Assembly: GCA_001938485.1 (NCBI GenBank)
Contig: MQRK01247653.1
Span: 1 to 57,124, forward strand
DNA from: Girardia tigrina
Taxonomy: Eukaryota
Length of the DNA: 57,124 nucleotides
Reading direction: 5' to 3'
In this document: positions 37,470-50,675 of the stretch, piece by piece
Layout: each line of letters opens with the position of its first letter
Position numbering within the stretch: the first letter of the stretch is position 1
Program-made: the position numbers and the translations under genes
Notes under the pieces: model-generated
The model's database searches: none
Told to the model about the DNA's origin: nothing
The model's input: the letters and a program-made list of their open reading frames with translations, nothing else

Positions 37470-38840
37470 TCAATGTATAATAAAATGTCATTAAAAGCAT
37501 TAATATGATTAGATGAATCATCTTGCACGTTTAAGCATGGTTTATGATGGTTAATTAACAATGATACGGCAGTAATCTTCTCATAATGAGTTTCAGAATT
37601 ATTTAAAATTACTTTAAAATCTTTATTATAATCATTATAATAACCCAAACGTTTTTTAATATGGCTGAAAATCGAACCATTTCTACTCGATTGAGCATGT
37701 GCAGTAATTCCAGACCAGAGATTAGGATTTGTCTCTCCAATGGACAAAGCTTCCCATTGAATAAAACAATTAATTCATATGTTCAATATTGCGATAATTT
37801 TGTAGAAGATAAAACTACATCCCTGAGTAGTAGTACCTTTTATTTTTAATTAGGAATGGTTTAGGCAAACTATGGTAATGCTATGATTTCACCTTTAGCA
37901 CCTTTGATGGCTTCTATCTTTTTAAACAATTAGTCTAATAGAATTTTAGAAAATCAAATACATATTAATCTAAAATTGTCGTAATTTTAAGAGCGAAAGA
38001 GTTTAAACATTTTTTAGAACATCGAATCCCTTTTGGCTCTTAATTAAGAGTGACCTGTACAACAAATAAATATAGGAACAATTTTCCAATAAATCTATAA
38101 CTTCTTTGTGTATTATAAAGCAAATCTAGTTTATCAATTCAAATGTCACAAGTGCGAAGCCTTGTACATTGGAGAGACAAGCCATCATCTCCGTACCAGA
38201 ATTCCTGAACAGGCTCAATCGAGTAGAAATAACGGATAACATGAAATAGTAGGACACCTACTATTTTAATAGTAGGTGGAAAAAAAATTGAAAAGGCGCC
38301 CAATATTGGTTTACACCTACTATTTGGTGCTTNNNNNNNNNNNNNNNNNNNNNNNNNNNNNNNNNNNNNNNNNNNNNNNNNNNNNNNNNNNNNNNNNNNN
38401 NNNNNNNNNNNNNNNNNNNNNNNNNNNNNNNNNNNNNNNNNNNNNNNNNNNNNNNNNNNNNNNNNNNNNNNNNNNNNNNNNNNNNNNNNNNNNNNNNNNN
38501 NNNNNNNNNNNNNNNNNNNNNNNNNNNNNNNNACACCTACTATTTGATTCCACCTACTATTTTAATAGTAGGTGGAAAATTTTTTGAAAACTTCATTACA
38601 CCTACTATTTCATGTCCACCTACTATTTGATGTTATCCGTTAGTTTAATTTTGAGTCAAATTAAAAAACGTCACGGCAATTATAATGATTATAATAAAGA
38701 TTCTAAAGTCATTTTAAATAATTTTGATTCTAATTATGCGAGGATTATTGTTAATTTTGTATCATTAACCATGCATAAATGTGCAAGGTGATTAATCTAA
38801 TCCTATTAATGATTTTAAATGACATTTTATTATATATATA
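37470..38840. mobile_element. Two inverted Penelope-like GIY-YIG fragments (minus ~37470-37850; plus ~38060-38840)
   Basis: Minus: 'IGETNPNL..HAQSSRNGSIFSHIKKR..DFKVIL..LLINHHKPCLNVQ'. Plus: 'NLVYQFKCHKCEALYIGETSHHLRTRIPEQAQSSRN', resuming after the MITE. Confidence 0.85.
38232..38640. mobile_element. MITE with TA TSD and internal CACCTACTATTT repeats, inserted in the PLE
   Basis: TIR ACGGATAACAT.AAATAGTAGG / CCTACTATTT.ATGTTATCCGT. Removing it restores colinearity with the minus-strand PLE copy. Partly gap. Confidence 0.8.
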
Positions 38841-39220
38841 AAGAAAGACTTAAAGTTTTTAAATAGAAATTGAATATTTTTAAAGCATGTTATTGAAACG
38901 TATCATGTAATAGTTTTCAACTATATAAGTTGTAATTAATCACTTATTTTCATTACACGGAATACGCCGTAATGGCGAAATGTGTATGTTTTTTGAAAGA
39001 AATTGAAAATACAAAATGCTCTTTATTGTCATTACATATACATACATGGGTTAGAACAATATAACTTTTGTAGATTTGAATTTTCGGAAATTAAATCCAA
39101 ATAAATTAAGAATGTGTAGTCCGAAATAAGTTATAAATATCCATAACTGGTCCTAAAGCCAAAAACTTTGGACACATATACTATAATTGTTCTTAAATGA
39201 TGCAATGAATACATTTTTAG

Positions 39221-39388
39221 ACGCTACATGTATGGCAAATTTTCTAAGTTTCGGTCAACTATTTGATCATTTAAGAAAATACATAGTTGATAAAGATCAC
39301 AGATGGAAGCATTGCGTTCGTATTAAAAGGGGTTTGAAAAACGTCAATGAATTTGGAGGCTATGCAAAAGATCAATGTTACTTTGAAG
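39221..39388 (+). CDS. MATCAP-like exon 5
   Basis: Acceptor TTTTTAG ending 39220. Reads 'SFGQLFDHLRKYIVDKDHRWKHCVRIKRGL...KDQCYFE'. Donor GT at 39389. Confidence 0.9.
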
Positions 39389-39829
39389 GTTAATATGTTT
39401 TCTTATTTCATATTTTAAATAAATTAAAATTCATAAAACATAATTTCACTAACGGTAAACTGTCTAAGCAACTTTCTGAATCAGCCTATCAAGCAAACCG
39501 TCTTCGTTTCTATAAGGAAATTATTTAATTTATATTTATAACATTTATATATTATACATTTTGCATGACTCTCACATTAAATCTTTGAACTGTGAATTGA
39601 TCCAGAAAATTTCTTGATGGAGAACAAATTGTCCATTTTTCTACCATGTTGTAGCTTCAATTTGTAATTTTTTTTATATTGTATTGTGCACCACATTTTT
39701 TAAGTGTTCACAAAATGTCGTTTTATCTAATTTTATAATGTTTTTAATGTTACCATTACTTATTACTTACTTACCATAACATTATAATGTTACAAATGTT
39801 ATAATGTTACCATCATGATTGGTCAGTTG

Positions 39830-40298
39830 AACTCCTCCCACTGGAGCAGCGCATCATCTCTCGCCAGCAAAAGCAAATCATGGTTTGGGCTGGGATCCAT
39901 TGGTCAAAGGTAAGACACATCTTGGGTGCATTGCCGAAGGTGTCAATGTTGATGGTCGGGTGTATCGAGAAATGTTAGAAGATAAAGTTTTTCCGTGGAC
40001 AAGAAAGGCGTTTGGAGACGAGCACTGGACATTCCAACAAGATGGCACCCGGTTCCATAAGGCTGTTGAAACCCAGGAGTTGGTCGAAGCAAATTGCCCA
40101 GACTTCATTTCTGTTGACATTAACCCACAAAGAGCCAATGGTGAATGGCCTCTGTGTCGCCCATATTTGGACGTGATGGACTGCAGCATTTGGAGTTGGC
40201 TGGAGGAAATAGCATGTTCAAAACCGTGCCAGTCCATACAGTCGTTGAAAAAGAGTCTGAAGAAGGCATGGGATGCATTACCGTTGAAAATGTATTGA
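39830..40298 (+). mobile_element. IS630/Tc1/mariner-superfamily transposase fragment
   Basis: 'MVWAG', 'Y..MLE..VFPW', 'WTFQQDG..H', 'EWP..P.LDVMDCSIWSWLE'. Confidence 0.85.
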
Positions 40299-42116
40299 CT
40301 TGAATAGATTACCTCGACTTTGAACCTTTTAACTGTATATTTGAGCAAAGCCGATTAAAATGCTTTTCCTTATCAACATGGATTTCTCGTTTCACGTCCC
40401 AACCAAAACTTAAAAGTTCTAATTGTATTGAAATGGAAGATATAAGTGCTTTAGAAGTCTTTTTGCGGCCTCTTTTCAAATTTATCAATTCAACTCAAAG
40501 AAGATTTATTGGATGCTGTGAATTCTAAAGTACTGAAAATTAGCTTCAAATCAAAGAGTATATTTAAATTTTGAGCTAATGTAAAAATTTTAATAAAAAA
40601 GGATTATTTATTATTGTTGAAGTTATCTTATTTTAAATTACCAAATCTTTTATGTGTCACCTGAATTTTATGATGCCCCCAAAAGCTGACGGATGTTATT
40701 TTAACGACGAATTGTTATTATGAGTTAGTTTAAATTTGTACATCGCCAAATAATTTTTTTTAAATTTGAAAGTTTTAAAAAAATTAAATAAGTAAAAAAA
40801 AGTTTAAAATTAAAAAAAATATTAAAAAGAAAACCAACAAAAAATGAAATATTTATAGAAAAATAAAAAATGTTCTCATTCATAACAATTGATATATTGT
40901 AATAAAAGTTTTGAAAGAGGAATTTTTAAAGAAATAATAAACGAAATAAACTTTATAAGATTTTAAGAAATAATTTTTTTAAAGAAAAGGCTCATGATTA
41001 ATGGACGGAAACCGTGCCTCCACATTAAATTTAGAATCAGAGAACAGAGTTTCTAAATGAGCACTATTCAGCCTTTTTACTTTTCTTTAAAAGGCATAAT
41101 TGAATTAGTCGGATAATTTGAAACAATTTCATTTACTGGATTATTATTTATCAAAGAATTGTAAGGAGATTTAATCATTGATTTAGAATTTTGAAATTTA
41201 GAATTGAACACTTCTCATTTATTAATTGATTTTAAATTGTTCACTGCTATTGATATTTTTGCACCTTTTTACTCATTAGATTGATCGAAATAAACAATTT
41301 ATTTTTATACACGTTTTTGAAATCAACCAACTTGATTTGTTATTGTTTTAACACATTTAAACAAACTTTTTAAAAAAAATTAACAAAGAAACACACACAA
41401 ACACGAAAACTCATTCAATCACATTTTGAAAACATATTAATTACATTCAAATACACACGCTATCATAATTAACATTTTTCAATTATATGTCTTTAAATTC
41501 ACACACACATTCAATCAAACAATACACACAACACAATTAAACAAACATACTCAATTACATAATTCACATGCAATGAATTTTTATTTTGGTGATTCATATT
41601 CACCAGTTCGATTCTAAATAATATGGAAAACAATTATCGATTTGCAAATGAATCCAATCCAAAATGAATAAAATCTACAAAATACCATCACGAAACCATG
41701 TGAAAGTGATGGTTTAAATATTTTATTTAAGTTACTTTAATTTGATTAATTGATTTATTTAATATTTTAATTTAATTTCTCTAATTACTTGATTTTAGTT
41801 CATTTGTTTTACTTTATTTACTTTTAATTATTTATTTAAGTTAATTTATTAATTTTATATTTAATTTATTTATTTTCCTTAAAACTGACAAATGTTCGGT
41901 CAAACCAAAATTTCCGCTCTAGTTAATTTAAAATTAATAGTTTTTTGATAAAATTTTATAAAATATTTTTTAATAAATTAAAAAAAATAATTTTATTAAT
42001 TTAAAATTTATTAAATTTTACAAATTGGATTGGAAGAAAAATTTAATAGATTGATTTCGGTGAAATAAATCGAATTAACACGAAATTTTTTTATATATGT
42101 GAATTATTGATATTAA

Positions 42117-42740
42117 TAGGGTTGCCAGTTGAAACTTCGAAGAATACCGGACAAAATTTAAAAATAAAACAACAAAATTTTATTTTCCATATATTTTTAT
42201 TTATTATTTTTGGTTCTTTTTATATTTTTCATTCTGCNNNNNNNNNNNNNNNNNNNNNNNNNNNNNNNNNNNNNNNNNNNNNNNNNNNNNNNNNNNNNNN
42301 NNNGAATATTAAAGAAGATACAAAGTTCACTTTTAAGTAAATTCAACGACATTCGATTACGTTCGTTGGTCCATAGATTTCCCATCACACTAAAAATCCT
42401 TTCAACATTTGCATTTATTATTTAATTTATCCCTTTATCACCAGCAGAAAACTTTGAATTAATACTTTAATATTTTGTATTTCGTATTAAACCAAAATAA
42501 ATTTTTCCATAGCCCACTACGATAAAAAAAATTACCATTTAGGAATGTTTATTTGTCCTTGAAAACTTTGAGCGACCAAAAAAATAAAAAAATACGAATA
42601 CCTCATACTTGAAGATTGTGGAAATAAGCTTCGGGAGAAATACCGTCAAATGTAAGTCCGGTTTTTATAATTTTTTTATACCGAACAACCATTTGAATTA
42701 ACGGACTGTCCGATTCAAAACCGGACATCTGGCAACCTTA
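42117..42740. mobile_element. Non-autonomous hAT element
   Basis: TIR TAGGGTTGCCAG / CTGGCAACCTTA with exact 8-bp TSD GATATTAA. Confidence 0.9.
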
Positions 42741-43035
42741 GATATTAATAAAGTTTTGAAATAAAAATGACTTCTGAAATCTCTGAAAATTAAAATGGCA
42801 TAAACGCTACTTACAGTTATTATTAGTGTTACATAGCCATGCTAGATATTTTTACATCGGTTTAAATTTTAAACATTTATTTTGACTGCATCAATAATAC
42901 GTTGACCTAAAGCAGATCCTGTTTACCAAGTTTCACTGAGCTTAGAATATTTCGATAAATACATTCGTGTTTGCATAGAACAGAATTCATCTGTTTTAAA
43001 ATTCATTTAAAAAGTAATACTTATTTTAATTTCAG

Positions 43036-43250
43036 GAGCGGTTTACCTTTTGGCTTATGTTAACTACATTGACTTCAATCTTCTTTGCTGTGGAAAAATT
43101 ACGATAAAAGATATGTGTCGCATTAAAAGAATCGCAAGGCTTCACGTTTGTCAAACTCCTTCTTTTATGTCAAATCTAAACAGTTACAAAAAGCAGCTCA
43201 TTTCAATCGCTGCTCTGAACGAAATAGTTGTCATCCCAAGAAAGGGAAAC
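43036..43250 (+). CDS. MATCAP-like exon 6
   Basis: Acceptor TTTCAG ending 43035. Reads 'GAVYLL..IDFNLLCCGKITIKD..PSFM'. Donor GTAATT at 43251. Confidence 0.88.
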
Positions 43251-43295
43251 GTAATTTATTCTGCTAACATTTGACTAAATTCGCAATTATTTCAG

Positions 43296-43463
43296 CGGAA
43301 AGAAAATGCCCAAGACAACAATTTACCCAAACTACAACAGCTAAATAAACAAGAGAAGCCGAGAGATATTATGAAAATCAGCCACTTTTTAAAAACCAAA
43401 AAAAGTTGTATCGAAACCTTGATAAGTGAATCCCAAGACCGCACCTTACCGATCATAAGATGA
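43296..43463 (+). CDS. MATCAP-like probable last exon (low-complexity tail)
   Basis: Follows a 45-nt GT-AG intron 43251-43295 and stays open to TGA 43461-43463. Without splicing the ORF would stop at 43274. Confidence 0.6.
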   Translation, partial: RKENAQDNNLPKLQQLNKQEKPRDIMKISHFLKTKKSCIETLISESQDRTLPIIR

Positions 43464-43739
43464 CGTTCTGTCGTCTACTGTCGCCCTTTTGGACAATGTT
43501 TTGTCGAATTTTATCTTTCATTATTAATTAAGTAACCAATAATAACACAATTTATATTTGATTATTTGAAATGATTTACTTTGATCTAATAAATTTTATT
43601 ATTTATTTATAACTGTCTCTCCGAAAAGGAACCTCATGAAAGTAATTTATCCAAATATAAATAAACTATTCAAAATAACGGAATTCTTTAGTACACATGA
43701 TTGGTCATTAGGTACAAGTTGTATTAGGGACAAATATAA

Positions 43740-44720
43740 ATTGACAGAGTTGTATCAAATGGTTATTTTGTAGGAAAACCAAACGACAAAGTATAAGGAA
43801 AGGTAAAGGAAAAAGGATTGTCCAGGAAATGGCTCTTCTGCCTTAATTTGGACTAGAAGAACCTCTAGTGACATTCTTCAGAGTTGCAGTCAATTATGTA
43901 GAGCCATTCTTGTCTATTAAGGGAAGAGGGTAAGTGCATAAAATCATTAGGTCTACTGGTTCTCTTATTTACAATGTCGCGCCTTGCATTTGGAAGTAGC
44001 TTTTGGGTTAGATACGGATTGCTTCGATAGGGCCTTAGAGAGATTTTTGGCTTGAAGGGAAGTCCCAGAAATGATAGTCTCTGATAATTGGAAAAACTTT
44101 GTTGGAACCGTGAACGGAAATCCGAGTGTGGTAGTGGACACGTATGCCGTGAAAAGTAAGGTTAGTTCGGTCCAGATAAAGTGGGTGTTCAATCTTTCAG
44201 AAACCCCTCATTTTGGCGGGACATTTGAAGTAGTGATTATGGAAGTAAAGAAAGCTTTATTGAAGGTTGTTGAAAATCCGGCGATTAATGACGAGAAATT
44301 GATATCAGAGTTGATGCAAGTAGAAGGCTTGATAAACGGAAGGCCATTGTTGATGATGGATACCGAGAAGGACACGGAACTAGTACTAACTCCGAACCAT
44401 TTCGTTCAATCTGGATACAATTGAGTAGCAAGGAATCATTGCTGTCTACTAGTAGTGGATTGTTTAAAAGGTGGAGAAGAATTCAAGAGATCGGTGATCA
44501 CTGGTGGAGATGATAACTACAAGAGTTGATTCCCAGCTGGAGAAGGTGGAGCAAATAGAACTTTTCGACGAAAGAGATCAAAAAAAGAAGATATCGTTTT
44601 GGAGATAGAGAAAGGAAAATAAGTAGAATGGAAATTGGCTTGGATTGTGAGTTTGATATATGGAGACGATGAGAAGGCACGAGTGGCAAATATTAAGAGT
44701 TAAGGTCAAGAAATATCAAG
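43740..44720 (+). mobile_element. BEL/Pao LTR retrotransposon integrase remnant
   Basis: 'RALHLEVA..LDTDCF..AL.RF', 'IVSDN..NFVG', 'WVFN..TPHFGGTFE', 'QVEGLINGRPL..LTPNHF'. Confidence 0.88.
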
Positions 44721-45700
44721 GACACTCAGAAATTTATGATTTCGCTATTTCTCTGCCAATTCTAAATGGATTTTCTCGCTTTTTACTTTATTTTGTTCGC
44801 AAAATTATTCTAGAATTTAGGATAATTTTTTTAGATTTTTTATATATTTATTTGCATAGGTTATTTCCATTTTATCGAATATTGATTTGTATTTATTCCC
44901 TTTTCTACTGATATTTGTACTCTTTTCGTCATTTTACATACATTTTGACATTTTTTGTTATCTGTTTATTATAATTCTCATGATTTCTATGAATTTTTCT
45001 TGTTTTTGTCATTCATGATTGTTTTTGATTATTTTTTTTTTAATTTACGTTTTAGTTTCATATATATTATCTTAGATTTTGAGTTCTATCGCAACAAAAT
45101 GGAATAATTCTTCTGCTTGAATTTTCTATTTTGTTATATTGTTTTCTTTAACTTCTGGTAATCTTTGGTCAATTTGACATATTTCAATTGTTGTTAAATT
45201 GAAACTGAACACTCCAACTTTCAAATCTCTCTATCTATCATCCCGAATGAAATCAAACAAGTACTAAAGATAATTCATGCGAAGTTTGGGAAGAACATTG
45301 TGTCGAAATTATTCAAAGATATCAAAACATCAATGAAAAAAGGAATTTTTATTCTAACCAAAAGATTTACTCATCAAAACTTAAATAGAATAGAGGTGAT
45401 ATAATGTAGGACTACCAGAGAATATAAAAATACAATACTACGAAAGAAAAGGTTAGGAATATCATAAACTAAAGTTAGAATTCACACTGAAGATGACATT
45501 TAAGAACACAATGGTTAAGAGTCCCAGAGTATTCACAGCCATGAGAAAAGGAAAACGGAAAACAGTATAGTTATCAGTGAAGAGAAAAGTTCAATATTTG
45601 TGGTAAGTAAATTTCGAAATTTGATAGGTAGAGAAACATAAATACGAAGTTTTAAGTGAGGAGTTAATTGATTTTTAGTTCGCTGATCAAAATTTAAATA

Positions 45701-47216
45701 CCGTATTTTTCCGTGTATAAGGTGTGTCCACTAAAAAGTGCACAATTTTTAAAACCATCATAACTTTTTAATTAGACCTTCAAATTGACCGAAATCTGAA
45801 CAAAGACTAGATCATAATAGCACAATAACTATTTTATTATATCAAACTATTAAGGCCGTAAGAGTTAGCAAGCATTATTCTTTGACTAAAATTTGCAAAT
45901 AATGTCCTAAAATATAAATTATTAAACTGCTCTACTTTAGTTTTGATTCTGTGAATCAACTGGTCTTCAGAATCGGCAGTCCAACCCTTTTCATACACCT
46001 TCTCCTTTAAATGAGCCCAAAAACTTTTCAATTGGGCGTATTTGGGGAGCACAAGGTGGATTCGAATCTTTTTTGACAAATGGAATTTTGTTGTCCTCTA
46101 AGCACTTTGGCGTAGTGACAAGAAGCAAGATCTGGCCAGAAGATGAAGTGACCAGCTGGGTATTTCTCATTCAGATAAAGAAGCAAACGCTTCGTTAAGC
46201 ACTTGGAGATATAAATATCCGAATTAGAAGCTACAGATTTTCATTTCCTGATGTACAGGTTTGAAATGCATCGTCTGGAAACAATTGCCCAAACCAAAAC
46301 TTTTACTGTGAATTTCTCTCGAAATTTAAGGCGAATATTATCAGGTACATCACCGAACTTCTTTTGGTTCACATAATAATCCGATGTCATTGCTCCGGTG
46401 AGTGTAAAATACGACTCATCATCAAGTACAAAGTCGGTTTTGGTCTTTTCCACAACTATTTTAGCGAGATTTTGCAACCTGGCTTTCTGGCGAATAATCT
46501 GTGTCGGAGTAACCTTTGGGGCTTCTTTCCCCTTTCGAAACACTATGTTATTAGTCTTGAGCATCTTATGCACGTAAGACTTTGAAACATTCCTTTCTCT
46601 TCCTAACTTTCTCACACTTTGTCCAACAGTCAAAGTTGCACGCTGCAGAAGTCTCTTCCTTTTGTCTGACGTCATTTTAACAGGTTTCCATCCACTTCCT
46701 ACTTTTCTTTCAATGCTGCCGGTCTTCTCATAGCGTTGTTTTATTGCATATATACCTCTTCTGGAAAAATGAATGCCAGTAAACTTTGTCACAGTCTCAC
46801 TTTTACTGTGCGTTTTGAAAAAATTGATTATATCTTCATGTCGTTTTGAAATCATTATAATTGTCTCTAAAATAAAATATATTAAACCAAAAATTTTAAA
46901 TACCTCCTTACTATTTCTAACCTATTAAAACAAATATTTAAATTCCAAATTTACGAAATTAAATAATATTACATTAAAAAGATATGGTGGTTTTAAAACT
47001 TGTGCACTTTTTTAGTGGACACACCTTAAGATCCTCTTATTTTCGGGTATACATTTTTGGAAAAAAGTTCAAAAAAGTACCTTAATTCATTCTAGAAAAT
47101 AAATTGAAATCTTGTTTTTGAGAAATATTTCAAATATTTACTAATTTTTGAAAACTCGTGTTAAATGTTCACTAAATTTTGACAAAAAGAGGGGTCTTAT
47201 ACACGGAAAAATACAG
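45701..47216. mobile_element. MITE (CCGTATTTTTCCGTGTATAAG termini) that hosts the 45720-47026 transposon
   Basis: TA+CCGTATTTTTCCGTGTA(TA) on the left; CTTATACACGGAAAAATACAG+TA on the right. Confidence 0.75.
45720..47026 (-). mobile_element. Full-length mutated IS630/Tc1/mariner transposon (probably DD37E-like)
   Basis: ~42-bp TIRs AGGTGTGTCCACTAAAAAGTGCACAA.TTTTAAAACCA, TA TSD. Motifs 'RKVGSG.K', 'VLDDESYF', 'FWPDLASCHYAK', 'FWAHLKEKVY..GW.A'. Confidence 0.92.
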
Positions 47217-47319
47217 TAGTTTAAAAAAATTATTTGGGATTGAAATTGTAATTAATTGGATCATATGATTTGTTTGAATAATATAGTTTATGTAAATCGA
47301 AAAAATCATCTTATTTTAC

Positions 47320-50300
47320 AAGCTATCGCGGCAATGAAAGTTATCAGTAATATGAATAAATTTGTTGGTGAGGAGGACGTCACCCGTTTGATCGACAGTT
47401 TCGAGTTTGCCATCGAGGTAAACGGGGTAATGGAAAAATAAATCTCATGCTTGGTCATACTGTTTGACGGGCTGGTAAACGACACATGGAAGAGCTTATC
47501 GCTGGATCAACAAAGAAATGCCATGGAAATCAAAAGTAAGTTGCACCGAGTGTTTGGTTTGGGGAGATTTGACGCATGGTTGTTGCTTTGTCAAAAGAAA
47601 ATTCTCCCGGGTGACAGATTGGAGGTGTAAGCGGCAGGGATCAATCAGTTGATACGGACCGTTGTTGAGGACCAGGATCCGATCGATGCGTTTTGTGCAA
47701 TGACATTTATTCACAGTTTACCGGATCAATTATAGAAAGAGGTGCAGCCAAGATTGGACTTCTAATTCACGTTCAAGAGTGTGGTGAACATCATCAAGAA
47801 GTGATTGCGGCGACCAACAGTAAATTTCGATGTATTGGTTGTAATCGACTTGGACACACGCAGAAGAGGTGTAGGGTTAAATACTTTAAATGCGGAGAAG
47901 TCGGCCATATAAAAGCAAACTGTAACATGTCGGGAAACGACAGAGGGGAGAAGGTCACTGGTCCAACCTCTCTCCAGTAAATGGTGTAGGACCAATTGTC
48001 ATAGTAAGAGGGGGTGGTGGTGAAACTACCGGCAATAGTTACGTCTTTAAAAAGCCACAGCGCCCCAAGAACAACTGTGTCAACAAGGCGGCCGTGAATC
48101 GCCTTAAAAATTCGCAATCTCCATTAATTTATTCATGTTCAGCTGTTATTCCGAATTTATTGATTCGTCAAGCACTAATCGACGAGAAATGATGAAGGTG
48201 ATCATCGACAAAGGGAGTAGTGCCACTCTTATTAGAAGAATTTGCGCAAAGTCAAGAATGGAAGGAGTTAGAAACATGAACCTGGTAGCGGTTGACTTTA
48301 GTAAGGTAAATATCCTGGGTAAAGTGCATCTACATGAGATTATATTTGGCGGTAAGATCCTGGGGCCTGTTGGAGCAATTGTGGTTGAAAGGCTGCTTGC
48401 AGATGTCGAAATCATAGTGGGAAACAATTTTATTCTCAAACGTGGACTGACAATACGAGTAGATCGGGATGATATTTGTATAAAATTTTGCAGTAATAGA
48501 GCAAAATTGGAAGCTAATACTGCAGCAACTAAAGTGAAAAGTTGAAGACATTTGCAGATAAAAGAGGATTTTTTGAAGCTCAATTTGACGGAAAGTATTG
48601 GAGCACACTATGGAAATATATCGATGATCATCCGGTTGGGAAAACCTTATGTGTCAATTATGATAGTAACAATGAAGATAAAGAGCCATTTCAAGATGAA
48701 GTGAATGAGTAGGTAAGCGAAGGTGTTCTGATAAAGTGGGATGAAAAGCGAGACGGGAAGATTCGTAACATGATACCGTTGATGGAGTACGGCAAGTCAA
48801 AGGCAAAACGACACGAATATCTATATTGATTATATATTTTATTTTTGTTAAAATCATCCGAGAAAGAGAATACTCTTCTCGGTTTTATCGGAAACTATAA
48901 ATTATACATAGGTTAAGCCCGTAAAATTATTTGTGAATTTTATCAGTTTATTTTTAAATTTTGTTTATATTAAATAAACCTTATTAATAAAGAAATCTTA
49001 TTTTAATTTCTTTTTGAAAATTATAAATTCACCCAATACACCAACACAATGATGTCAGCATGCTTGGACTGAATGTACAAAGCAATATTCAGTGGAGAAG
49101 AGACCAAGAGCTCGTAACTAAGGAGCTTGAGAAACCAACGTGGAGAAAAGTTCATGGAATTTTTGGGGAGTAGATAGGCCATGTACTACTTACAGAATGG
49201 TTACGAGTTGCTTGTGCCTATGTTCAGATATTAACCGCAAAATATAAGATAGACTGGGATGAATTAGTGCCAAAAGACATCATAGAGAAAGTTAATGAAA
49301 TCTGTCAAAGACGGAGGATGGATGGAGATCCTGCAACAGGCAAGTGGGTGGTAAATTGCAATAATAATGTTGTCATTTGGATAGATGCAAGTAGTATAGC
49401 AATGGGCGTACTACTGTGCGTTAACGATAATATCGTTGAAGACGCTGCTTGGTTAAGGAAAGAAGACGATACAAGCCATATTAATATGAGTGAACTGGAT
49501 GCGGCCATAAGGGGAATCAACTTGACAATAACCTGGGGATTTCATAAGTTCAAGTTGATGATGGACTCAGCAACAGTGTATGGATGACTCATGGCAGTAT
49601 TCAAGAATACACACAACCCAAGAACCCGCTAGTTATTTGAACATTTGGTACAGCGAAGACTCGATATCATGAGAGAGTTGAAAGATCAAGAAAAACTGGA
49701 ATTGAAGAAATCTCAATTGAATATGGCAGATTGTTGGAAATGGTTCCAAAACAATGGCTAAACAAGAAAGTAGAAGTAAACGCCAATGAAGTAAATCAGT
49801 ACCCAAGTGTTGATGAGATCAAGAAAAATCATGATATCTGTCACTTTGGAGTCGACAGGACGAGTGAACTGTTGAGGGAAAAATAGAGGTCTTATGCAAT
49901 AAAGTCGGAGCAAGTTAAGGAAGTTATCAAGCAGTGTATTGAATGTTCAAAGATCTGTTCAGCCCAACCAATTGAGTATCGACATATGCACTTGTCAGCT
50001 GACAAGGTATGGTACCAACTTTATAGCGATGTGACTTATTTTAACGGTGCCGCTTATCTGACCATAGTGGATTCAGCAACAAGATTTTGTATTTGGAGAA
50101 AGTTGCGCAGTGAACCGCCGAGGAAATAGGTTGGCATATAGATAGCATATTCTCTGAATTTGGACCGCCAAAACGTTTCTTTTCGGACAATACGACTGTC
50201 TACTGAAGTGCCCCAGTAAGATGGTTGCTAGATAAATGGAGAATCGAGCAAGGGTTCACCGCTGCCTATCGGCATCAAGGGAATGGGATGTGCGAGAGAA

Positions 50301-50675
50301 ATCACTGCACAATTAAAACAATGTCGGCGAGATCTGCAAAGTCGATCAGCGAATGTATGTTTTGGTACAACAGTACGACGGGTCCCCGGAATGCGTGGCC
50401 TTATGAATTGATCTTCCATGCCAAGTCTCAAATGCCAATGATTCGAGATAAGCGTCAGATTGAATGTAAATTCATCTCGGAATGCATTTTGAATGATGAG
50501 TATCACGTTACGTAGAAAAACCCGTTCAACATTAGTTAGATTGTTTATTTGGGAGTCGACGGGAAATGTGATGAAATTGCATCGTTGAAGTCTGCAGTTG
50601 TGGTGGTGCTGGACGACGATGGAATCCAGAGACATATATCTCACATCATTAGAGCAGTGGACAATCGGCAACTGA
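47320..50675 (+). mobile_element. Degenerate Gypsy LTR retrotransposon: gag (two knuckles), protease, RNase H and integrase; RT core mostly missing
   Basis: 'CIGCNRLGHTQKRC..CGEVGHIKANC', 'VIIDKGSSATLI', 'IDASSIAMGV..HINMSELDA', 'H..CHFGVDRT', 'AYRHQGNGMCER'. Confidence 0.88.

Larger units (their letters stand above)
8981..43463 (+). other. MATCAP1: Gene model: MATCAP/KIAA0895-like (DUF1704) microtubule-associated tyrosine carboxypeptidase-family metalloprotease, 7 exons, ~417 aa
   Basis: Exons 8981-9151, 18626-18837, 18901-19051, 33228-33396, 39221-39388, 43036-43250, 43296-43463, all GT-AG, phases 0,2,0,1,1,0. Motifs PxNxxEEKERF, LLDHELGTHF (HExxxH), N..QPW, EEGL, ALLYY, RWKHCVRIKRG, KDQCYFEGA, IDF..L..GKI. 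MATCAP1 versus MATCAP2 orthology and the exact start codon are not resolved. Confidence 0.88.

Noticed and set aside
38256-38630. CRISPR-like repeat/spacer pattern
   Set aside because: Eukaryotic context, 12-bp repeats in both orientations, irregular spacing, no cas genes, and bounded by TIRs.
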